Shown here piece after piece: positions 7,625 to 12,271 of a stretch of 12,271 nt of DNA. Both the position numbers and the translations under genes were made by a program. The stretch comes from a virus (Duplodnaviria > Heunggongvirae > Uroviricota > Caudoviricetes). Location of the stretch: the IMG/VR virus record IMGVR_UViG_3300042430_003153; one strand, 5' to 3'. The stretch's first letter is position 1, and each line of letters opens with the position of its first letter. The notes beneath the pieces were generated by a model, which saw only the letters and a program-made list of their open reading frames with translations, ran no database searches and was not told where the DNA came from.

Positions 7625-7733
7625 TATCCACGTTTAGGTTGTAAGTCAGGAAGAGGAACGGAGCAGAAACCTCTTAGAAAGGAAACGAAGCATGAATACC
7701 CTGATGTTTTGACCCCGTTCACGTTAAGGATAT
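7624..7733 (+). ncRNA. Candidate structured RNA between the dnaK stop and the terminator (family unassigned; strand uncertain)
   Basis: About 43% GC by hand count (47/109) in an AT-rich window. Nested pairings: 7624-7629/7728-7733, 7630-7633/7721-7724, 7637-7641/7710-7714, 7645-7650/7700-7705, 7651-7656/7670-7675. Possible pseudoknot 7657-7661/7715-7719. Confidence 0.45.
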
Positions 7734-7740
7734 GAAAACC

Positions 7741-7770
7741 AAAAAACCCAGTCTTAGACTGGGTTTTTTT
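7741..7770. terminator. Bidirectional intrinsic terminator
   Basis: Perfect 13-bp inverted repeat AAAAAACCCAGTC-TTA-GACTGGGTTTTTT between converging dnaK and the 7773-7985 gene, with U-tails available on both strands. Confidence 0.9.
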
Positions 7771-7772
7771 AT

Positions 7773-7985
7773 TTATTTTATTGAATCTAAAAATTTATCG
7801 TAGTCAAATTTAATATCTTCTCTTTTAAATTGAGAAATCATATCTTTTGCTATTTCCATTCTATTTTCTTTATCTTTTACTTTTTTAAGTATATCTATAA
7901 TACCAGAGACCATTTGGTAGTCATTACCTTTTATCTCTGATTTTATTTCTTTCTTTGATTCGTTTATTTGACTAAATTTTCTCAT
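7773..7985 (-). CDS. Small hypothetical protein with MRKFSQINES leader
   Basis: 70 aa from ATG 7985 (the track start at 7988 is a GTG). Ends just before the terminator. Confidence 0.7.
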   Translation of the reverse strand: MRKFSQINESKKEIKSEIKGNDYQMVSGIIDILKKVKDKENRMEIAKDMISQFKREDIKFDYDKFLDSIK

Positions 7986-8016
7986 CACTCTTTATTTTTT
8001 TAGTGGATACGACGCA

Positions 8017-8493
8017 CTAATCCATCAGCCATTCATCAATTCCTCTTGGTTCTTCATCGTGTAATCTTTCCTGATTACCCATTCTACCATTTTTTTCAAT
8101 AGTATCATTGTGTTGAATATGACAGGAAATAAAAAACTGACTTTGGTCATTAAAGTTGAATTCGATTTCATAACCAACTGTGTATTCCATACTCATTAAT
8201 GTTTCTTTAGCATCTTGTAAAATATCTAAAACTTTAGTAATATCTAATTTCATTGGTTCTAAATTAGTGATACCATATGAAGAATCATTCTCTATATAGT
8301 CATATTTACTTTCAACTTTTTTGATAATATCAATATACCATTTTCCATTTTGTTTAGAAGTAATGTTGTTGCTTAACGGACGGAAACTAAAGTCCATATC
8401 AATTAAATCAATGAAAACTTCTTTAATAGTTTTTTCATCAATAAACTCTGAACTTTCTTTAATGAATTCTGTATATGTCTTTTTTATTTTCAT
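8017..8493 (-). CDS. Hypothetical phage protein; leader MKIKKTYTEFIKES
   Basis: 158 aa, starting 2 nt after the upstream stop. IKEVFIDLIDMDFSF resembles the repeat unit of the 1719-2495 protein. Confidence 0.8.
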   Translation of the reverse strand: MKIKKTYTEFIKESSEFIDEKTIKEVFIDLIDMDFSFRPLSNNITSKQNGKWYIDIIKKVESKYDYIENDSSYGITNLEPMKLDITKVLDILQDAKETLMSMEYTVGYEIEFNFNDQSQFFISCHIQHNDTIEKNGRMGNQERLHDEEPRGIDEWLMD

Positions 8494-8495
8494 AA

Positions 8496-9734
8496 TTAAT
8501 ATTCACTATACCATTCTCCTTCAGTCGAACGGAGAACTCTCATATCTTTATCTTCGTCTTGTTCGTTAGACAATAGGTTTTCTTCAGGGTAACAGAAACA
8601 AAGAGTATCAACATATGGATAGTAACTCCAATCTGCATCATTTAGCTGAACACTTAAAGACCATCTTCCAGAACTTGTTCCATCAGTGATGGTTTCTCTC
8701 GGCGTCATACTTTGAGAATCTTTATAATACCAACCATTCTTTTGTGCAAATTGTTTGAATAACTCTACATCTGAATCAAAAGTTGTATATATTCGATCCA
8801 TAAACATTGATTTTTGACCATTTACTACACACTCCCAAAGAATAGCTCTTCCTTTAATTCTATTAGCTTTATATTTATCACCGGTAATTTGACCATCATC
8901 ACCATAAAGAATGACAAGTTGAACCTGTGGATTTTTTGAGTAGATATAAAGATATTCTTCATCTACTTCTGCCATACAAGAGTTGTTCAATGTTCCACCA
9001 CCATCTACATAATTATCATAGTGATACCAATGTATAATATCGTTTTCTTTTACAACATCAAATTGTTTTAAACCATCAGCTGCAAAGTCATAAGTTGCTT
9101 TAAACTGGTTGATAAATTCTTCAAGTTCTGGATCAGTAATTTCAACACCAGCACTTCTCAATAGTGGTCTTACTAGTCTACCAACTTTGATAGGATTTCT
9201 TGAAGTTTTCCAAATAACTGAATCATCCATTTCAGAGAGTGTTAAACAATCTCTATTAAGAACTGCATATCTTTTTTCATCTGAGTCTGTTAATTCTTCA
9301 AAAAGAACAAATACTTTACCAGAAGTCGAACTAACAGTTTCGGCTTTTATTAAACCTTTTTGACCATCATCTGGTGTCCAATAGTCTTTATATCTATCAT
9401 ACCCAAGTGTATCAAAAATACTATCATTGGATTGATTATGTGTTAATTGTCTACGAGTTCCTACTTTATATACTTCTGGTTTATCTTGAAGGAGTTCCTT
9501 AACCTTTCTATCTGGTGTAAAACTTAATGAGTCTTTTTTATCAGTTATATCTACATAGTTATACTGAACATCAAAATCTTTTGAATAAATATTTAGTAGG
9601 TCTGATGCAACTTTATTAGTTCGCATTCTGTTAAGAAGATTAATAAACTTCTTTGAAAAAACAACTTTGGATTCCATTAAAAGTTCTATTAGGACGTTTT
9701 CGGTTAAAAAATCTGAATAATTAAATAGTTTCAT
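8496..9734 (-). CDS. Hypothetical phage protein (412 aa) with SCM / GRAILW / MDRIY / YPYVDT motifs
   Basis: Start moved from the TTG at 9764 to the ATG at 9734 (MKLFNYSDFLTEN), which carries the shared leader and the upstream TAATATATA. Long ORF; function not assigned. Confidence 0.8.
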   Translation of the reverse strand: MKLFNYSDFLTENVLIELLMESKVVFSKKFINLLNRMRTNKVASDLLNIYSKDFDVQYNYVDITDKKDSLSFTPDRKVKELLQDKPEVYKVGTRRQLTHNQSNDSIFDTLGYDRYKDYWTPDDGQKGLIKAETVSSTSGKVFVLFEELTDSDEKRYAVLNRDCLTLSEMDDSVIWKTSRNPIKVGRLVRPLLRSAGVEITDPELEEFINQFKATYDFAADGLKQFDVVKENDIIHWYHYDNYVDGGGTLNNSCMAEVDEEYLYIYSKNPQVQLVILYGDDGQITGDKYKANRIKGRAILWECVVNGQKSMFMDRIYTTFDSDVELFKQFAQKNGWYYKDSQSMTPRETITDGTSSGRWSLSVQLNDADWSYYPYVDTLCFCYPEENLLSNEQDEDKDMRVLRSTEGEWYSEY

Positions 9735-9739
9735 AAAAG

Positions 9740-9748
9740 TATATATTA
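9740..9748 (-). promoter_or_regulatory. TAATATATA motif (putative phage late promoter or initiation signal)
   Basis: Exact motif on the - strand, 5 nt before the ATG at 9734. Confidence 0.65.
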
Positions 9749-9808
9749 TTTTCGAAAAATCCAATTTCGAATTTTAATCTATTTTGAATTAAAAATATAT
9801 ATCTTGCT

Positions 9809-10063
9809 ATGGATGTTATACTTAACAAAGTAATTAAAAAAAAGATTATCAAACTAATCAAAGATTATACTATTGATGGTATCAATGAGTTAGTTTTAGA
9901 TTTTCCTCTTTCTGAGAGCACATTCCATTCTATTGAATTAGTAGAAATTGATAATGACATTCTACTACACAGTTTTGATACAGACTTTGATTATTCTTAT
10001 TTGTTTGAAGACTTTTGTGAAGACGATAAATTAAGAATCTATCAAATATTAAAGGGAATTTAA
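9809..10063 (+). CDS. Small acidic hypothetical protein
   Basis: 84 aa; fills the gap between two - strand genes. Preceded by the motif variant AAATATATA (9793-9801). Overlaps the endolysin 3' end by 15 nt. Confidence 0.6.
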   Translation: MDVILNKVIKKKIIKLIKDYTIDGINELVLDFPLSESTFHSIELVEIDNDILLHSFDTDFDYSYLFEDFCEDDKLRIYQILKGI

Positions 10064-11056
10064 CATTTGTAAAAGTTCTGGCTGTGGAAATAAATCAAAT
10101 TTATCTTTTCTAACTTGAGTATGTGTTCTTAATCCACCTAAACTAAACCACTTTTCATCATACTCAAACCAATCTTCATTATAAATTCCAGATTCAATTT
10201 CAATATTCCATCTATTTTTTAAATAAAGTATTAATTTTCTAGTAGACTCTAATTGAACATCTGTATATTTCTCCCAATATTTATAACCTTTAAATGGTTT
10301 ACTTAATTCAACTACATCTTCGTTATTTATCGGTTTATTTACATAGTTATAAAACTTACCATCTCTACCAGGTGTCAGTTGGCCATAATTACATATTTCA
10401 ATCGATACTGATTTAGAGTTTAATTCTTTACTATTCTCTGTGATACCTAAGTGATAAGCCCAGTATCTATCATCAAATGCTTTTAATACTTTACCATCCC
10501 ATAAACTAATATCAGATGATGATGATTTTCTACCAATTACAAAATGAGCGGCTACTTTAAGTGGTTTGAAATTTCCATTTGAATCTAAAATAGGTTGACC
10601 ATTTTTGTCTAATTGATATCCTTTTTCCCAACCATCAATAGTCCAGTCTGGTCTTGATCCACCAGCTGTGTGGTGTAACCAAATTGTATTTTTACTTACT
10701 TCCTGTTTGATGAACTCTTCATCAGTTAAAAAGTTTTCATAAATGATTAGACCATCAGATCCTACATAAGAAATATTCTGAGGTATATCTGACTTTCTAT
10801 TACTTAATTTTGTAATTTCTACAACTTTATCTTTTTCTTCACCAAACATTTCAATTTGACTCCAAGTTTGAAAACCTATAATTCCATCAACTCTAACTCC
10901 AACTTGTCTTTGAAAATTAGTTACTGCTATAAGTAAATTTTGCCCAAAATAACCATCAATTCTATCTGTAAAGAAACCAAATTCTTTCAATTTTAGTTGA
11001 GCATGTTTGATGTCTTCACCATACATCTTCAGCGTTAGGACTCTTCTTAGTTTCAT
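10049..11056 (-). CDS. Modular endolysin-like protein: N-terminal peptidoglycan-binding domain + N-acetylmuramoyl-L-alanine amidase (Amidase_2)
   Basis: PGBD pattern DGYFG....AV..FQ...G...DGIIG..TW. Amidase motifs IWLHHTAG, AHFVIG, AYHLG, NSKSVSIEIC and THTQVRKDKFD (His/His/Asp Zn ligands as in AmpD-type enzymes). Confidence 0.9.
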   Translation of the reverse strand: MKLRRVLTLKMYGEDIKHAQLKLKEFGFFTDRIDGYFGQNLLIAVTNFQRQVGVRVDGIIGFQTWSQIEMFGEEKDKVVEITKLSNRKSDIPQNISYVGSDGLIIYENFLTDEEFIKQEVSKNTIWLHHTAGGSRPDWTIDGWEKGYQLDKNGQPILDSNGNFKPLKVAAHFVIGRKSSSSDISLWDGKVLKAFDDRYWAYHLGITENSKELNSKSVSIEICNYGQLTPGRDGKFYNYVNKPINNEDVVELSKPFKGYKYWEKYTDVQLESTRKLILYLKNRWNIEIESGIYNEDWFEYDEKWFSLGGLRTHTQVRKDKFDLFPQPELLQMLNSL

Positions 11057-11568
11057 TTCATCATGTTATTTTTATATCTCTCAGCTTGTTTCTTTTCCAT
11101 GTAAGCCTTAACATCTTCATAAGTTACACCACCTGGATTTTGAATAAGTTTATCTGCGGAACCTTCTTCTCTTTCAATTTTCTTGAGTTCGTCATTTTTC
11201 TTTTTCTCTTCGTAGGCTTCATCTGCATTTTTCAATAAATGACCTAAATAAAAGTCAACTCCTTTTTCGCCTACTATTTGATAATCAAATGAATTAACAA
11301 ACTCTTCAAAAGTTTCACCAACATAAACACCAAAGTTTAAATCATGTATCATATGGTCGACATAAAAACGAATGTCACCAACATTACCCTGTGCGTAAAT
11401 TGTAGTTCTATAACTTTGGTTGTAAAATTTACCAAACTTATCCCGATCATTAAAAACTCTTTGACCATTTTTTTCAATTGTTGCAACAACACCTAAGCTT
11501 TGTCTAAAATATTTACTCTTTTTAAACTCTTGTGCAATTTTAACTCCACAAACTATATTTACCGCCAT
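11053..11568 (-). CDS. Hypothetical protein, translationally coupled to the endolysin
   Basis: 171 aa; its TGA overlaps the endolysin ATG (ATGA 11053-11056). No long hydrophobic segment. Confidence 0.8.
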   Translation of the reverse strand: MAVNIVCGVKIAQEFKKSKYFRQSLGVVATIEKNGQRVFNDRDKFGKFYNQSYRTTIYAQGNVGDIRFYVDHMIHDLNFGVYVGETFEEFVNSFDYQIVGEKGVDFYLGHLLKNADEAYEEKKKNDELKKIEREEGSADKLIQNPGGVTYEDVKAYMEKKQAERYKNNMMK

Positions 11569-11575
11569 AATAACT

Positions 11576-11584
11576 TATTTATTA
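11576..11584 (-). promoter_or_regulatory. TAATAAATA, one-mismatch variant of the late-promoter-like motif
   Basis: Lies just downstream of a terminator and 7 nt before the ATG at 11568, where a new promoter is needed. Confidence 0.45.
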
Positions 11585-11606
11585 AAAATTTAAATCTTCC
11601 TTAAAC

Positions 11607-11640
11607 AAAAAACCCTATAGATAATTCTATAGGGCTTTTT
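11607..11640. terminator. Intrinsic terminator (mainly for the - strand 11656-12225 gene; possibly bidirectional)
   Basis: Stem CCCTATAGA (11613-11621) / TCTATAGGG (11626-11634) with a 4-nt loop, flanked by A6 on the left and T5 on the right. Confidence 0.85.
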
Positions 11641-11655
11641 AAATTATTAAAAAAC

Positions 11656-12225
11656 TTATTCAGTTTCTATCTCAAATTCTTCTTCATCTCCGGATTTTTC
11701 ATCAATATCAATTTTAAGGTCAACAAGATAGTCTTCATCTATTTTATTTATTTCTATTTTTAAATACTCTGGCTTATCACCATCAATTGGACTTGGTAAC
11801 TGACCGATAACCTCAAATGTATCTAAATCATACTTCTTTAATTTGATATCACACATCATTGGTTTCTCTTCTGTTTTAGGAAGACCTTCTTTAATATCAA
11901 TTGTTATTATTAATGTATATAAATAATTATCATCTGTGAATTTTACAGTCAGGTTATCATATAGTTTTGAGTATTTAGAAACTTCAGAACTTTGTAACAT
12001 AACTCCTAAATCTTTGAAAGACATTTTATTTTTTTTCTTTGAATCTATTTTGGCTTTTTCAATTGATTTTTCTTTAGGTAGATCCATATCGTCAATATCA
12101 CCTTCTTGATACTCAAATATTTTGTCTATTTTCTTTTTCAATTGAGCTAAAGCGGTTTCGACATAGTTCTCAGGAGTATCATTTAACTCTTCGGTAATGA
12201 ATTGATAAAATTTTCTAATTTTCAT
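11656..12225 (-). CDS. Hypothetical acidic phage protein with MKIRKFYQFITEE leader
   Basis: 189-aa ORF between a TAATATATA motif and a terminator; no recognisable family. Confidence 0.8.
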   Translation of the reverse strand: MKIRKFYQFITEELNDTPENYVETALAQLKKKIDKIFEYQEGDIDDMDLPKEKSIEKAKIDSKKKNKMSFKDLGVMLQSSEVSKYSKLYDNLTVKFTDDNYLYTLIITIDIKEGLPKTEEKPMMCDIKLKKYDLDTFEVIGQLPSPIDGDKPEYLKIEINKIDEDYLVDLKIDIDEKSGDEEEFEIETE

Positions 12226-12229
12226 AAAG

Positions 12230-12238
12230 TATATATTA
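12230..12238 (-). promoter_or_regulatory. TAATATATA motif (putative phage late promoter or initiation signal)
   Basis: Exact motif on the - strand, 4 nt before the ATG at 12225. Confidence 0.65.
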
Positions 12239-12271
12239 ATTTTTCATTTTCATATTATTTTTATTATATTT

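Noticed and set aside
7645-7682. Resemblance of the RNA candidate to SRP helix 8 (UCAGG...AGCAG), the glycine riboswitch or the hammerhead core (CUGAUG)
   Set aside because: The bases between TCAGG and AGCAG cannot form the SRP GNRA hairpin, CTGATG is followed by T rather than the hammerhead's A, and the glycine aptamer stems are missing. Left unassigned.
8001-8019. Hairpin TAGTG-N9-CACTA between two - strand genes
   Set aside because: Only a 5-bp stem with a large loop, followed by A rather than U on the coding strand; not a credible terminator.
8321-8569. 82-aa + strand ORF
   Set aside because: Antisense shadow across two real - strand genes.
9109-9363. 84-aa Ser-rich + strand ORF
   Set aside because: Lies entirely antisense within the 412-aa gene; composition typical of a shadow frame.
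11918-11925. T4-type TATAAATA on the + strand
   Set aside because: Inside and antisense to a coding gene with no ORF downstream; expected by chance at this AT content.
1-12271. CRISPR array, tRNA, rRNA, transposase or integrase
   Set aside because: No repeat-spacer periodicity, cloverleaf, rRNA-like segment or recombinase motif seen by eye.

Overview
AT-rich, gene-dense window that reads best as part of a large (jumbo/huge) tailed-phage genome using the standard genetic code. The likely host is a diderm, probably Bacteroidota; this is inferred from DnaK and from the lack of Shine-Dalgarno motifs. It has about 17 real CDSs in short alternating operons. Recognisable products are a full-length DnaK, a peptidoglycan-binding domain + Amidase_2 endolysin, a GNAT, a DEDDh exonuclease, a Pol-beta-type nucleotidyltransferase, and a Cys-His-Asp domain fused to pterin-4a-carbinolamine dehydratase. 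The most striking structure is not a single gene. Eleven otherwise unrelated proteins share an N-terminal MK-x-(L/I)-K-x-(F/Y)...E leader resembling the T4 capsid-targeting sequence and prohead-protease site. Five of them have the exact 9-mer TAATATATA 4-5 nt before the ATG. Together these suggest a late-expressed, virion-packaged 'cargo enzyme' system. dnaK lacks both signals; it has a sigma54-like element and TGTCA repeats upstream and a GC-enriched, foldable ~110-nt RNA candidate downstream. All family calls are by eye from motifs, and no database search was run.
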